Shown piece by piece: positions 50,079 to 60,438 of a DNA stretch of 64,000 nucleotides. Position 1 is the stretch's first letter; each line of letters starts with the position of its first letter. This DNA comes from a virus (taxonomy: Duplodnaviria > Heunggongvirae > Uroviricota > Caudoviricetes). Both the position numbers and the translations under genes were made by a program. Location of the stretch: positions 393,166 through 457,165 of IMG/VR virus record IMGVR_UViG_3300021979_000001, one strand, 5' to 3'. The notes beneath the pieces are model-generated. The model worked only from the letters and a program-made list of their open reading frames with translations, was not told the origin of the DNA and searched no databases.

Positions 50079-51041
50079 TTATTCTCGCAATTTTGCCAAT
50101 GTTTGGTTGATTTTATCATTGTCATCAGGGTTAGTAATGAGCCAAATGGCAGGATCATAACCTGCGTCAAAAGATACATATATTAATTTCTTGCTGGGGT
50201 TTTTTATATACATTATTGCTTTAGGGTTTTCTTGCAAATAAGATATAACAGTATCCTGTGTTATTAACGGATTATTTAGATAATTATAATTTAACGATAA
50301 TGCAAATTTCTGGTTTTCGGGTGAAAGTGATTGCACGTTTTTTAAACCAGTAAACATCTCTTGTGAATTAAATATTGCGACTCTTATCAAATAATCAGAT
50401 GGATTGTCTATATATTCGACAAAACATGGGTTAACTTTCGCTAACATTATTATTTGATCAGTAGAATAATTGCGTGCTAATATTTTATTAGCAATCCGGG
50501 TTTCGTTACGTTTAACGATTTTGGATGATTTATTGGTTCTTAACAGTAATAATACCGCAGTATCTAACAATATTGTTGATTGATCTAATAACAAGTAAAA
50601 ATTGAACAATTTCGTCAATTTGACCGATTTGGGTTGTGATAATTGTCCTGCGAGAATTACGTTTGCTAAAACATCAAGAACCTCTGTTGTTACTGACAGA
50701 CTGTTAATCTTAATAATCTTGGTTGGGTCGTTTTGTAAATATTCTTTAATTACAATGGGATGAATTTTATTGCACTTGTTAATGTATGATTCATCGAATT
50801 TAACCAATTCGATTTGGCATTCAACTGATAACTCAACATGTTTCACGATTATGTCGAGTTTATCTTCGAATGATTGTAATGACAAACTCGCCGCATACAA
50901 TGAGTTGCTGGATTTTAACGAATTTAAACCACTCAAAACGTGGTATAATTTTAATTGGTTTAAATTTTCAATTGGACATTGAATAATGTGCGTAAAGTCA
51001 GGGTAAATATGATTGGATACTAAATCTGACACTGCGAACAT
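50079..51041 (-). CDS. Helical-repeat protein, family D
   Basis: Same C-terminal module. Confidence 0.7.
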   Translation of the reverse strand: MFAVSDLVSNHIYPDFTHIIQCPIENLNQLKLYHVLSGLNSLKSSNSLYAASLSLQSFEDKLDIIVKHVELSVECQIELVKFDESYINKCNKIHPIVIKEYLQNDPTKIIKINSLSVTTEVLDVLANVILAGQLSQPKSVKLTKLFNFYLLLDQSTILLDTAVLLLLRTNKSSKIVKRNETRIANKILARNYSTDQIIMLAKVNPCFVEYIDNPSDYLIRVAIFNSQEMFTGLKNVQSLSPENQKFALSLNYNYLNNPLITQDTVISYLQENPKAIMYIKNPSKKLIYVSFDAGYDPAIWLITNPDDNDKINQTLAKLRE

Positions 51042-51046
51042 TAATT

Positions 51047-52027
51047 TTAGTCCTGTTTTAATTTGGTCATAATCTGCTTATTTATATCTTGTTTTGTTGG
51101 ATTGGTCAATAAAAAGATAGCATCACGATACCCGTTATTATACGCAGCATACACTTGGCTACGGGTTGGGTTGGTTATATGAATAATCAATTCGGGGTTA
51201 TGTTTAATAATTTTTGTTTTAACCGCATTTGAAATTAAGTTTGTTTTTAAAAACAGAGGACACTGTGATCCAATTTGGTATTGTGAACCAGTGGGCAGCG
51301 TTTTTAGTGATAATGCTGTTTCAGGAATATTATAATATGCATCAATGATATTCTGAATGCTTGGATGTTTAATATACATAATAAATTCTGGGGATAATCT
51401 TAAAATTTTGGTATATAGATGCCGATCAGTGCTATTAATGGTTTTTGCAGCAATTTCCATTAATTTATGTTTAGAATCGTCATCGTAGTTACCTGTATAA
51501 CCACAACACTTACTTAATAGTGATATAGTAACACTGTTGTCATAAAACCCGTATGACAAATATGTTTCTATTACCTGACTGATATTGGCGTGATTACCAT
51601 TCAAAATCGTATAAAAATAATAGAATAATTGTTCTTTGGTTGGGTTGGTAAACAATTTAATGACGGACAGTTCTTTTCTGATTGCGATACAAAAATTTTC
51701 TGATGTGAGATTTGATATACTGCCCGCCAAATGTGGAAATTCAGATACTAACCGTTTTTGATATAGCGCGTTGATTGACATGTTTACCAACATATCACTA
51801 ATATATTCCTGGAATGAAATATATAGTTTATCTTGATCCGTAAGGTTCGAGTCCAGCGTCTTTTTGTCATTCCATATAAGATTGATATTAAACGATGTTA
51901 TCTGTGTTACTACATCAATAACATGCTCAATATTTTTGTTGTCCGGTGACCGCAAAATTGTTTTAATATTATTGATAATATTGTTATCATATTGTTTAAG
52001 AACAGAAAAATTTTTCATTGCCATCAA
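51047..52027 (-). CDS. Helical-repeat protein, family D
   Basis: Close paralogue of 52080-53093 (LKTLP.GSQY, VKTKIIK..PELI.HI). Confidence 0.72.
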   Translation of the reverse strand: MMAMKNFSVLKQYDNNIINNIKTILRSPDNKNIEHVIDVVTQITSFNINLIWNDKKTLDSNLTDQDKLYISFQEYISDMLVNMSINALYQKRLVSEFPHLAGSISNLTSENFCIAIRKELSVIKLFTNPTKEQLFYYFYTILNGNHANISQVIETYLSYGFYDNSVTISLLSKCCGYTGNYDDDSKHKLMEIAAKTINSTDRHLYTKILRLSPEFIMYIKHPSIQNIIDAYYNIPETALSLKTLPTGSQYQIGSQCPLFLKTNLISNAVKTKIIKHNPELIIHITNPTRSQVYAAYNNGYRDAIFLLTNPTKQDINKQIMTKLKQD

Positions 52028-52079
52028 TCCTTCTTCACCATGTTATCTTGATTTATATCAAACATTTGGTGCTGCCATT

Positions 52080-53093
52080 TTATCGTTGCAATTTAGTTAA
52101 AACCTGTAAATTAATGTCGTGTTTTGTTGGATTGGTCAACAAAAAAATAGCATCATGATACCCGCTATTATATGCGGCATATATTTGATTACGGGATGGC
52201 TTGTTTATATGATTAATCAATTCAGGGTCGTTCTTGATTATTTTTGTTTTAACAGAATCAGAAATCAAACTTGTTTCTAATAATCGGTGACATGTTGAAC
52301 CCAGTAAATATTGTGATCCAGCCGGTAATGTTTTTAGTTGCAAAGGCATTGTTGAATTTATAAAATACGAAGAAATAATATGTTTAGTTGTTGGTTTTTT
52401 GACATATAAAATGATTTCTGGGTATAACGATATGATAGAATCAATATATTGGGTATCCGTGGGTTTAATCGTTTTCGCGGCAACCGATAATAACTGGTGT
52501 GGTATATCACCATATCTATTATACGTATAACACGTTTTTAATAAGAGGCATGTTATTTTTGTGTCATAATAACCATATGATAAGTATACATCACATATAT
52601 GCCTAAATTCTTTACGATTAATACTGGTATTAATTATAGAATAAAACTCCGATAATTGTGCTTTGGTAGGTTTATTGAAAGTTTTGATACGCGTTATATC
52701 GCCACGTATCAGGGTCTCAAATTCAGTTATTGACAAATTATTTATATAACAAGCCAGAGAAGGAAATTCAGTTAATACCACTTTTCGTTGTGATTTTGAT
52801 AATTTTGCATTCACCAAATTAACACGTATATATTCTTCGAACTGACTATATGTTTTATTGTAAACATCCAATTTAACATCCACAAACATTATGTGTTTTT
52901 TAGACAACTCGTTAAAACAAGTTATCTGATCTATCACAGAAATGATTTGGTTTATATTATCACTTCTGTTATGATTTATAACTTCATTGATATTATCAAT
53001 GATATAATTTTGATATTTTTTAAATACCCGATTGGTGGATTTGTAACAATCATACGTTATAATACTTGCAGATACGTTTTTCATTGAAAACAA
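52080..53093 (-). CDS. Helical-repeat protein, family D
   Basis: Close paralogue of 51047-52027. Confidence 0.72.
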   Translation of the reverse strand: MFSMKNVSASIITYDCYKSTNRVFKKYQNYIIDNINEVINHNRSDNINQIISVIDQITCFNELSKKHIMFVDVKLDVYNKTYSQFEEYIRVNLVNAKLSKSQRKVVLTEFPSLACYINNLSITEFETLIRGDITRIKTFNKPTKAQLSEFYSIINTSINRKEFRHICDVYLSYGYYDTKITCLLLKTCYTYNRYGDIPHQLLSVAAKTIKPTDTQYIDSIISLYPEIILYVKKPTTKHIISSYFINSTMPLQLKTLPAGSQYLLGSTCHRLLETSLISDSVKTKIIKNDPELINHINKPSRNQIYAAYNSGYHDAIFLLTNPTKHDINLQVLTKLQR

Positions 53094-54339
53094 TTCCTTT
53101 CAACTGGGCTAAGCACCATAAATGATAATGTTCTTTGGTTGGGGATTTGATTAAGTTATATGCCGGGGTGAAACCATTTTTTAATGCAACAACACACATT
53201 TCTTCGGTTGGTTCTGCAATATAAGATAATATGCATGGTGATATTGCAAGTTGTTCTAAAGTGGTATCAACATCAATCCATTCTGAATCAAACATATAAC
53301 TTGGTGTATCAATAAATTCATCTATTAATGTTTTATCCATTAACTCAACATTAACAAAACGTTGTAAGATACATGAGCATATTATTTTTTTATTGTCATT
53401 ATGTATTTTGCTGATCTTATATAACAAGTCGTCATCATATAATATGGCATCAATAACAGGCTCAAGACTCGTATATCCTAATCCTTCATTTACGGGCAAA
53501 CGCTCTTGTGATGACGACGCATCATATGTATATACAACGATTGTAGTTAAATTATCGTAGATTGTAATAAATGCACTACCATCATATAGACCTGGGGTAA
53601 GTAAATAATTCGTTATAATTTCACAAAGTTCTTTACTAAAGTCTGTGTGCGGTATTTCTTTTTCCTCTATTATGTCGTTAAAAATAGCTAATATTGACGT
53701 ATGTCCCGCATCTATCATTTGATTAAATATACGGATAAGGTAATTGTTTAAAGCTGGCATTCCACCTGCATCAAAAATTTTATTACAATAATCAGATAGG
53801 TTTGTTGATACAATGTATGCTGAAGTTTTATAACCAATCTCGTCGGTATCACTACCATCATCTATTATGTTTGATGCATTTATTAAAGCATATGATCGAA
53901 TTAACCATTTATTATCACTTCGCATATAATCGCAATAGTGTTTCACATATCTGAAAAATGCGGGGGCAATTTTTACGAGTTCAATTATTGGGTTAATTAA
54001 ATCCTTTTTAAAGGAAAACCCATCGTCATTCTTTATGAATATGTTGAATTTGTTCTGTGTGGTTTGATATATAATTCCACCAATAACATAATTAATATGT
54101 TGTTTATACTTTACAATATTGGTCAATAACGGTTGATTGATTGAATCAATATCGTAAAATATGGTAAATTGTTCAGTGATCAAATTAAAACACTTTGCCA
54201 TTATTATAACAGATGACATATCATATTTTTTTGTGAATGGTTTACTAATCATATTTCCATTTTGATCAAATGAAATATTGATCATTTTACATAAAACAGA
54301 TGCGTATTTATGGTAATGTAATAATTCGAGTTTTTTCAT
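53050..54339 (-). CDS. Hypothetical protein with family D-type C-terminus
   Basis: YIAEPTEEMCVVALKNG...LIKSPT...LAQL (DUF4116-like repeat). Confidence 0.65.
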   Translation of the reverse strand: MKKLELLHYHKYASVLCKMINISFDQNGNMISKPFTKKYDMSSVIIMAKCFNLITEQFTIFYDIDSINQPLLTNIVKYKQHINYVIGGIIYQTTQNKFNIFIKNDDGFSFKKDLINPIIELVKIAPAFFRYVKHYCDYMRSDNKWLIRSYALINASNIIDDGSDTDEIGYKTSAYIVSTNLSDYCNKIFDAGGMPALNNYLIRIFNQMIDAGHTSILAIFNDIIEEKEIPHTDFSKELCEIITNYLLTPGLYDGSAFITIYDNLTTIVVYTYDASSSQERLPVNEGLGYTSLEPVIDAILYDDDLLYKISKIHNDNKKIICSCILQRFVNVELMDKTLIDEFIDTPSYMFDSEWIDVDTTLEQLAISPCILSYIAEPTEEMCVVALKNGFTPAYNLIKSPTKEHYHLWCLAQLKGIVFNEKRICKYYNV

Positions 54340-54706
54340 TTGGTAGTTTCCATTCCGGCACATTAATATTCAAATGGTTTTCAAACCACAACGCTACAAT
54401 ATGGCGATGACAAAAATCACCAGGCTTTTCAAAACATAGCAAGGCAATATCTGGGCCATATAACGATATTAGGTTGTTATATACTTGATGCGGGTCTAAT
54501 TTGTTTAGAATTTCATCTTGAAAAAGAAGGATATATTCTTCATCGTTAATAATATCATCCTTTGCTGCAATCAAAATTTCTTTGGTAGGTGCCAGTGTTT
54601 TAAACACTGGCCCTCTATACCATTTTGGCGGGAATATTGAGATTGCGACATGCGGTATCTTCAATACATCGAGATATTTACACATCGCATAGTAAGATGT
54701 AACCAT
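54308..54706 (-). CDS. DUF488-family protein
   Basis: TSYY...AIS..PP.WY.G...LAP...ALLCFEKPGDFCHRHIVA.W. Confidence 0.7.
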   Translation of the reverse strand: MVTSYYAMCKYLDVLKIPHVAISIFPPKWYRGPVFKTLAPTKEILIAAKDDIINDEEYILLFQDEILNKLDPHQVYNNLISLYGPDIALLCFEKPGDFCHRHIVALWFENHLNINVPEWKLPNEKTRIITLP

Positions 54707-56100
54707 CAGTCAAATATTGCGTTCATTTCTGGGAAAATGGTTTTCCAATTAGTTCCTCGAACTTTATCTGCCTGTTCCAAAAACTCTTTCATTTCTGGTA
54801 GCCGGTTTGACCAGTCTTCGGATTTCATGAATTTGATCATACCTTTTAACCGGGAAATTCCGTATTTGTGTTCCAACCATTCATCTTTTGTCGCATTCCC
54901 AATATTGGTGGTTTGGCTCCAATTAAGTTCCAACCATTTATAAAATTCGTTATATTTGGCTTCGGTTTTTTCTTTGAACCACGTTGGTAGAATTTTAACA
55001 TTAAGATGTGGCGGATGATAAACGAAATGGTAATTGATCATTCCACTACCGAGAGGCCACGGATTGATTTTTTTGAAATTCTGTTCGAGTTTCCACCGAA
55101 TGAAATCGGGCAAATAATAGATGTTGAGTGCCTGGACCGCACACGCAATTGTAACTTCGATATGATCTGGTGTATCATCCAGTAACCGAAATTGCTTTTC
55201 GATATGACTCCAATCGGAAGGATACCGAATATAATTGTTCATTTCTTCAATACTATCGATTGAAAAATGAAAACGCACACGTTTGAATTTTTCCCAAATT
55301 GCAAACAATCGATCAGGTAGTTCAATACCATTTGAATTATACCGTAATTCGATTTGACTGGCATATCCCCGACGAATCACTTCTTCAAGCAAGGTGTAAT
55401 GTTCTTCGATGATCGTGGATTCTCCACCCGCAAAATATAATTGACGCATATGCGGGATTTGATCATAAAGCTGATCCCAGAAATCCGGGTTCTGTTTGTG
55501 CCAATTGTAACTGGCACCATGCAATTTGCCTTTATTTTCCCATTGCATGGTTTCTTTAAGATTGGAGTTCGTGATTTCAGGAAACATTTTTTGCCAGTCG
55601 GGCACCCATTGTGATGAATCATGCGGACTACACATGATACATGCCAGGTTACATTTCGTTCCCATACGAAGATCAATGTATTGTATTTTTGGGGGGATGC
55701 TACCATCCTCGGCGGTTTCATCAACCAATTTTTGGACATCAACTTCCATTTGTTTCATCCAATAATTAGTTTCCCACATCCGTTTACTGATATGTCCCGA
55801 TTCTTCTTCACGAAAACATTTAAGACACGATGGGGGTTTTTCACCCTTTAACATTTGGGTGCGAACATTGCGCATATATTGATTGTTCCACGAATCCATC
55901 AAGGTTGTCGTATTCAAATTTGCAGGTTTTCCATCTGCATTTTTAAGAACACCAACTTGACCGCCATGCTCTTTATCATTGGTGGGACCAACACTTGATG
56001 CATTGGCCGTGCAACAAACTCGCATCGACCCATCAGGTCTGGTTGAAAGATGAATCCAGGGAAGAATACAAAAAGTGTCTCTCGGTATTTCACGTGACAT
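54706..56100 (-). CDS. Radical SAM enzyme with N-terminal twitch/SPASM-like Cys domain
   Basis: FCILPW...RVCC...C.KC N-terminal cluster; CNLACIMC; FAGGE; YNSNG; FSID. Confidence 0.9.
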   Translation of the reverse strand: MSREIPRDTFCILPWIHLSTRPDGSMRVCCTANASSVGPTNDKEHGGQVGVLKNADGKPANLNTTTLMDSWNNQYMRNVRTQMLKGEKPPSCLKCFREEESGHISKRMWETNYWMKQMEVDVQKLVDETAEDGSIPPKIQYIDLRMGTKCNLACIMCSPHDSSQWVPDWQKMFPEITNSNLKETMQWENKGKLHGASYNWHKQNPDFWDQLYDQIPHMRQLYFAGGESTIIEEHYTLLEEVIRRGYASQIELRYNSNGIELPDRLFAIWEKFKRVRFHFSIDSIEEMNNYIRYPSDWSHIEKQFRLLDDTPDHIEVTIACAVQALNIYYLPDFIRWKLEQNFKKINPWPLGSGMINYHFVYHPPHLNVKILPTWFKEKTEAKYNEFYKWLELNWSQTTNIGNATKDEWLEHKYGISRLKGMIKFMKSEDWSNRLPEMKEFLEQADKVRGTNWKTIFPEMNAIFD

Positions 56101-56422
56101 TTTCGTTTGTCCTTTAAATTATTGTAAACCATTTTTATCATAAGGTATGGTTATGATGCAATAAATTTCGTCCCCGAATTAATGACCAGTGGTTCTCGCA
56201 ACAAAATCAACTTTGCACCATAAACATTAGAATGTGCCGGTTGATGCCATTATTTAATCCCCGTTAAAACAATATCGTTCGGTTGCAATGGTGTAAGTGT
56301 CTGATCATATTTAATTTCAATTGACATGATAATAGAATTGTGTTGTTGTTGTAATATATTAAACGGTATACCATCCCTGAACTATTTACTATTTCCACAA
56401 ATCGAACTCGTGTTATATTATG

Positions 56423-56719
56423 TTATCGATAAATAGTAATACCCTTGCCATTTCCGTGCCCATAACCTAATCCCATTCCGATCCCGAACCCAGAATCATA
56501 TCCATGAGCAACAGAAAAACCCTGACCAATGCCCGCCCCATCGGCATATTCATAGTTTGAGTATTCACCACTATAACTAGTGCCATCACCCTCCATAAAC
56601 GTATGATTTCTGCTACTGCCACAATAATATGGGCCATTACTATGCAAACATAAATTAGAGTTATGTAACCGTATTGTCATGGTTAAACTTTTTGTTTGAT
56701 CATCATTAATAACTGACAT
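56423..56719 (-). CDS. Gly-Xaa array peptide (diverged)
   Basis: MTIRLH-type leader; GAGIGQG...GFGIGMGLGYGHGNGKG. Confidence 0.65.
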   Translation of the reverse strand: MSVINDDQTKSLTMTIRLHNSNLCLHSNGPYYCGSSRNHTFMEGDGTSYSGEYSNYEYADGAGIGQGFSVAHGYDSGFGIGMGLGYGHGNGKGITIYR

Positions 56720-56745
56720 ATGGTTATAACTTGGTTCAATGCATA

Positions 56746-56922
56746 TTAGGGGTAACCGGCTCCGGCACCGAAATCATCACCATAACCAACACCATATCCC
56801 ACACTATAACCTTTTTCGGAACCGCACCCATCGTTGGAATTGTGACCATAGCCGAAACCCTGGTCCTCACTCATACCATAATCATACGAAAAATGGTTTA
56901 CCTTTGTTCTAAATAAGGTCAT
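56746..56922 (-). CDS. Gly-Xaa array peptide (58 aa, below ORF-track cutoff)
   Basis: Hand translation MTLFRTKVNHFSYDYGMSEDQGFGYGHNSNDGCGSEKGYSVGYGVGYGDDFGAGAGYP. Confidence 0.65.
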   Translation of the reverse strand: MTLFRTKVNHFSYDYGMSEDQGFGYGHNSNDGCGSEKGYSVGYGVGYGDDFGAGAGYP

Positions 56923-56950
56923 TTATTAAATCGGTTCATGACTGATTGTT

Positions 56951-57250
56951 TTATCTGGCATATGCAATAATACTACTACCGCAATCTTCACCATAGCCCT
57001 CACTACCCCCTAATCCAGAACTATCGCCGCATCTCATTCCTTTACCACACCCGATCCCACGAGCAATAACCATATAATATCTAAAATCACAAATTTTACT
57101 AATACCAAAACAATCTCCTTCGCATTCTCCTTCGCCGTGCCCATAATTATGAGTTTGTATATCATCACTGGGTGCGTTAACAAAATCACCAACATGATGA
57201 TGACCGTGGCTATAATTTATATTACTATATGTGGTTTCAATTGTCATCAT
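56951..57250 (-). CDS. Gly-Xaa array peptide (diverged)
   Basis: YGHGEGECEG...GIGCGKG...GYGEDCG. Confidence 0.6.
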   Translation of the reverse strand: MMTIETTYSNINYSHGHHHVGDFVNAPSDDIQTHNYGHGEGECEGDCFGISKICDFRYYMVIARGIGCGKGMRCGDSSGLGGSEGYGEDCGSSIIAYAR

Positions 57251-57330
57251 AAGCTGTAACTGACCATCTTTACATGGATTTGTTTATTTGAATAAAACAA
57301 TAAAAAGGTATAACCATTTATTTCATTATG

Positions 57331-57576
57331 TTAATCCTCGGAACCATTATTATACCCATATCCATAACCAGACCCTTTCAGGTAACCATCCTGGTTCTTA
57401 TATAATCCACCAGCCCCGGTTCCATAACCATACTCATGTAGTCCATCTACCGTAGGTTGGGTATAACCATTACCCATGCCAACGCCGCCACCATCGGCAT
57501 GTATTAATATACCATTCTCGATCTTATTCCGAATATCACACCCAATATGGTATTTTAGCATAATGCATATATACAT
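57331..57576 (-). CDS. Gly-Xaa array peptide (diverged)
   Basis: MYICIMLKYH leader; GVGMGNGY...GSGYGYGYNNG. Confidence 0.65.
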   Translation of the reverse strand: MYICIMLKYHIGCDIRNKIENGILIHADGGGVGMGNGYTQPTVDGLHEYGYGTGAGGLYKNQDGYLKGSGYGYGYNNGSED

Positions 57577-57653
57577 AATTGCATTGTCCAGTGTTAATCA
57601 TTATGATTTTAATATATATTATTCGGAACCATTAATTATTTCATCCAAATAAC

Positions 57654-57851
57654 CTAATCAAAATCACCTAATCCTGCCCCATCCCCATTATTATAACCGG
57701 CGGTGTCGTAAACTCCTTGACCAAAACCAACCCCGGATGCAATGCCCGAACCATACCCTTCACCGTCGCCGTAGTAATCATCGCGGTAAGAATGAATATC
57801 GTGAATATCACCAGAATTGGCACAAAATAGCAAACGCATTGAACTATTCAT
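57654..57851 (-). CDS. Gly-Xaa array peptide (diverged)
   Basis: MNSSMRLLFC leader; YGDGEGYGSG...GDGAGLGDFD. Confidence 0.6.
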   Translation of the reverse strand: MNSSMRLLFCANSGDIHDIHSYRDDYYGDGEGYGSGIASGVGFGQGVYDTAGYNNGDGAGLGDFD

Positions 57852-57907
57852 TTCGGTATTCAACATTGGGTTACTATACCATACCATTAGTTGATGATAC
57901 CATACCT

Positions 57908-58066
57908 TTAATCAAACCCAGACCCATGCCCATAAATGTTGCCACCGCCATAGCTGTGATCCTCTCCCCATACTATCGCCGAACGCATATCATACCCATG
58001 ATCACAACTACAACCTTCGCCTAGGTCATTATCACAGATAAGTTTGCTGGTAAACCCCCACACCAT
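57908..58066 (-). pseudogene. Degenerate array copy
   Basis: MVWGFTSKLICDNDLGEG...YGHGSGFD; the central Gly-Xaa pattern (YAFGDSMGRGS) lies in a different frame. Confidence 0.45.
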
Positions 58067-58101
58067 TTACTAATTTTATTTCCCCTGGATCATAGTAATG
58101 G

Positions 58102-58293
58102 CTAGTTTTCACTCGCCAAGTCCAGATAGCGATACCCAGACCCATCCCCGGAGCCATACCACCCCCCGTAACCATGACCATCTCCGCGACCAGCATCATC
58201 ACCATAACCTTCGCCTTCGCCAAATCTATTCTCATATTCATCGACATAATCAGTAACGTTTGTTTTATTAAAATAAAATAAAAGTATCGTCAT
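58102..58293 (-). CDS. Gly-Xaa array peptide
   Basis: MTILLFYFN leader; FGEGEGYGDDAGRGDGHGYG. Confidence 0.7.
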   Translation of the reverse strand: MTILLFYFNKTNVTDYVDEYENRFGEGEGYGDDAGRGDGHGYGGWYGSGDGSGYRYLDLASEN

Positions 58294-58294
58294 T

Positions 58295-58513
58295 TTAACA
58301 AGAACTCCCTTTCACGGAACCAGCACCATATATTGCGCCATAACTGTTTCCCCTGCTGGAAGTTCGACCATACCCAAACGTTCCTCCATTAATTTGTCCG
58401 ATGGCATCTCCTTTTCCACTACCACAAGTGTTATTAAGGTTGTCTCCGAGATTAATATTATCATACTCATATGATTGATCTGCACAATAATATAACGCAA
58501 TAGGTGTTTTCAT
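58295..58513 (-). CDS. Gly-Xaa array peptide
   Basis: MKTPIALYYC leader; Gly-periodic core. Confidence 0.65.
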   Translation of the reverse strand: MKTPIALYYCADQSYEYDNINLGDNLNNTCGSGKGDAIGQINGGTFGYGRTSSRGNSYGAIYGAGSVKGSSC

Positions 58514-58561
58514 TATGGTGTTGTCTATAAAATTCGTTGTGTATTTTTATTATCAATGGTG

Positions 58562-58801
58562 TCAGTTATAGACATCATGTCCATACCCATCCCCGGAACC
58601 ATAACAATCCCCATAACGACAACCATGACCGAAACAACCACCATTATTGCCATTGCCATAACTATATCCATAGATACCCCCGACACTACAGTTACTACCC
58701 GCACCAGATATAAAATTATTTCCGCTTCCCTCGGTAGAACCAACACAATACGATAATGTAATTAGACTAATATTCCAAGTTAATTTACCAGAATTATACA
58801 T
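58562..58801 (-). CDS. Gly-Xaa array peptide
   Basis: Start reassigned to MYNSG; core YGYSYGNGNNG...YGSGDGYGHD. Confidence 0.6.
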   Translation of the reverse strand: MYNSGKLTWNISLITLSYCVGSTEGSGNNFISGAGSNCSVGGIYGYSYGNGNNGGCFGHGCRYGDCYGSGDGYGHDVYN

Positions 58802-58814
58802 CCGCTTAGTTTCA

Positions 58815-59006
58815 TTATTCACGACCGTCTCCATATCCCTGACTATCTCCATAATCATTACCAGCACCATCACTATTACCATCACCCTTACCATAACTAT
58901 AACCAGTATTATCGCCAGAGCTATACAACCAACCTCGCCCCCAGATATTATTATTATTAGTTAGGTTCAATTCATTGTTATGGTATAAATTTATTGATAT
59001 GGTCAT
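58815..59006 (-). CDS. Gly-Xaa array peptide
   Basis: MTISINLYHN leader; ends GDGRE. Confidence 0.72.
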   Translation of the reverse strand: MTISINLYHNNELNLTNNNNIWGRGWLYSSGDNTGYSYGKGDGNSDGAGNDYGDSQGYGDGRE

Positions 59007-59135
59007 TTTCAGTTTTTCCCGATGCAAAATATTCAATTTATTTGACTGGACCTTTGAATAAAACTAGAGTGATGACAAATTGTTATGTGGTAGTATCAAT
59101 ACCATATAGTCGAACAATACATGAATAATAAGTTG

Positions 59136-59402
59136 TTATGTATATGCTGACCCATTTCCCGAACCATTTCCCGAACCATTATTAAACCCATGCCCGGTTC
59201 GTCTGATCAAACCATGTATATAGCTTGGATTGCTAGTCGGACTGTTATCGGAATTATTCGGCGAACCATAACCATTCCCACCACCTTTGATGTATCCAAA
59301 ACCATCACTGAAACCATCGCCGAAACCAGAGCCATTCATCTCCGTAAAGACATCGGAAAGAAAATCATGAGATAATAATATGTTTTGGTTCATTGGTGTC
59401 AT
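59136..59402 (-). CDS. Gly-Xaa array peptide
   Basis: MNQNILLSH leader; GSGFGDGFSDGFGY. Confidence 0.68.
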   Translation of the reverse strand: MTPMNQNILLSHDFLSDVFTEMNGSGFGDGFSDGFGYIKGGGNGYGSPNNSDNSPTSNPSYIHGLIRRTGHGFNNGSGNGSGNGSAYT

Positions 59403-59533
59403 TCCCTAACGAAAATCAGCATGGATCGTGTGACATCCGGTATAGCAATTATTATTGTTGTCCAGGCCCGTCCCTCACCTCGCGCACATGGATTGAAACG
59501 TTCCATAATGCCATATAAATTATCACATTATTT

Positions 59534-59812
59534 TTAAAGGTCACCAATCCCAATACCATCCCCATCACCAAATCCATGGCTATCACCTGTAGTATATCCA
59601 TTTCCCCAACCATTTCCATCACCACCGTCATCCTCATTTGAACGGGTAAATTTCCGCCGAGGATGAACATATCCATGCCCATAATTCAAAGTTGCTTCAT
59701 AACCAGCACCATTGCCACGACCGAACCCGGTGCCATTATCACGATTATAGTCAACTTGGTTAGTATTGTCATAACATGTTGTTATTTGTAAATTCAGCAT
59801 CATAGCATCCAT
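59534..59812 (-). CDS. Gly-Xaa array peptide
   Basis: MNLQITTCY-type leader; GDGNGWGNGY...GFGDGDGIGIG. Confidence 0.7.
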   Translation of the reverse strand: MDAMMLNLQITTCYDNTNQVDYNRDNGTGFGRGNGAGYEATLNYGHGYVHPRRKFTRSNEDDGGDGNGWGNGYTTGDSHGFGDGDGIGIGDL

Positions 59813-59849
59813 TAATAAATGTGGTAATCAATAATTAAACACACCCAGT

Positions 59850-60003
59850 CTATATTCTTCGAGTAGTATTGAACTCTGCGCCGTTCCCAAAACCATCAGA
59901 ACACCCATACGGTAACGTAGAACCGTGACCATATATATTCACCATATTCGTTCGATTTTGAAACAGAAATATTATGGTAATACAATTGCATGTTTATATC
60001 CAT
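59850..60003 (-). pseudogene. Frameshifted array copy
   Basis: MDINMQLYYHNISVSKSNEYGEY, then a frameshift at the (AT)4 run ~59931-59938; the other frame continues YGHGSTLPYGCSDGFGNG. Confidence 0.65.
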
Positions 60004-60215
60004 TAATTGTTGCACCAATTTTCATAACCACGACCATAACCATAACCACAACTTTCACCATCTCCATTCTCATTCCCACTGCCATTGCCGGAACCACTAT
60101 CGGATTTACAAGCGGAATCACACGCGGACCCATATACATATTCATTATACTAATAATGTTCATTCACATGTGATGCCGAAACGTTATAATAATATAATCA
60201 TATGCGTTTAGTCAT
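60003..60215 (-). pseudogene. Array copy with two in-frame stops
   Basis: MTKRI*LYYYNVSASHVNEHY*YNEYVYGSACD...GSGNGSGNENGDGESCGYGYGRGYENWCNN. Confidence 0.68.
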
Positions 60216-60359
60216 TATATGTTAATTCCATCGCTACCACCATCACTTGAACAATAGCCTTCATTATTACCATTGCCATGACTGCTACCAACACTACTAA
60301 TCTGACCAGCGATAGAATAATCTTCGTTGATATAATAATATTGGTTTATATATGGTCAC
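60215..60359 (-). pseudogene. Frameshifted array copy
   Basis: GTG ACC ATA TAT, then a frameshift to NQYYYINEDYSIAG...HGNGNNEGY; preceded by a diverged copy of the array spacer. Confidence 0.55.
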
Positions 60360-60438
60360 ACTAGTTCCCACCAGGTAATAAAACTAAGTTAGACCACAAA
60401 CGTTTCAAGTGCTGCATCATTAGACCACATACATTGTA

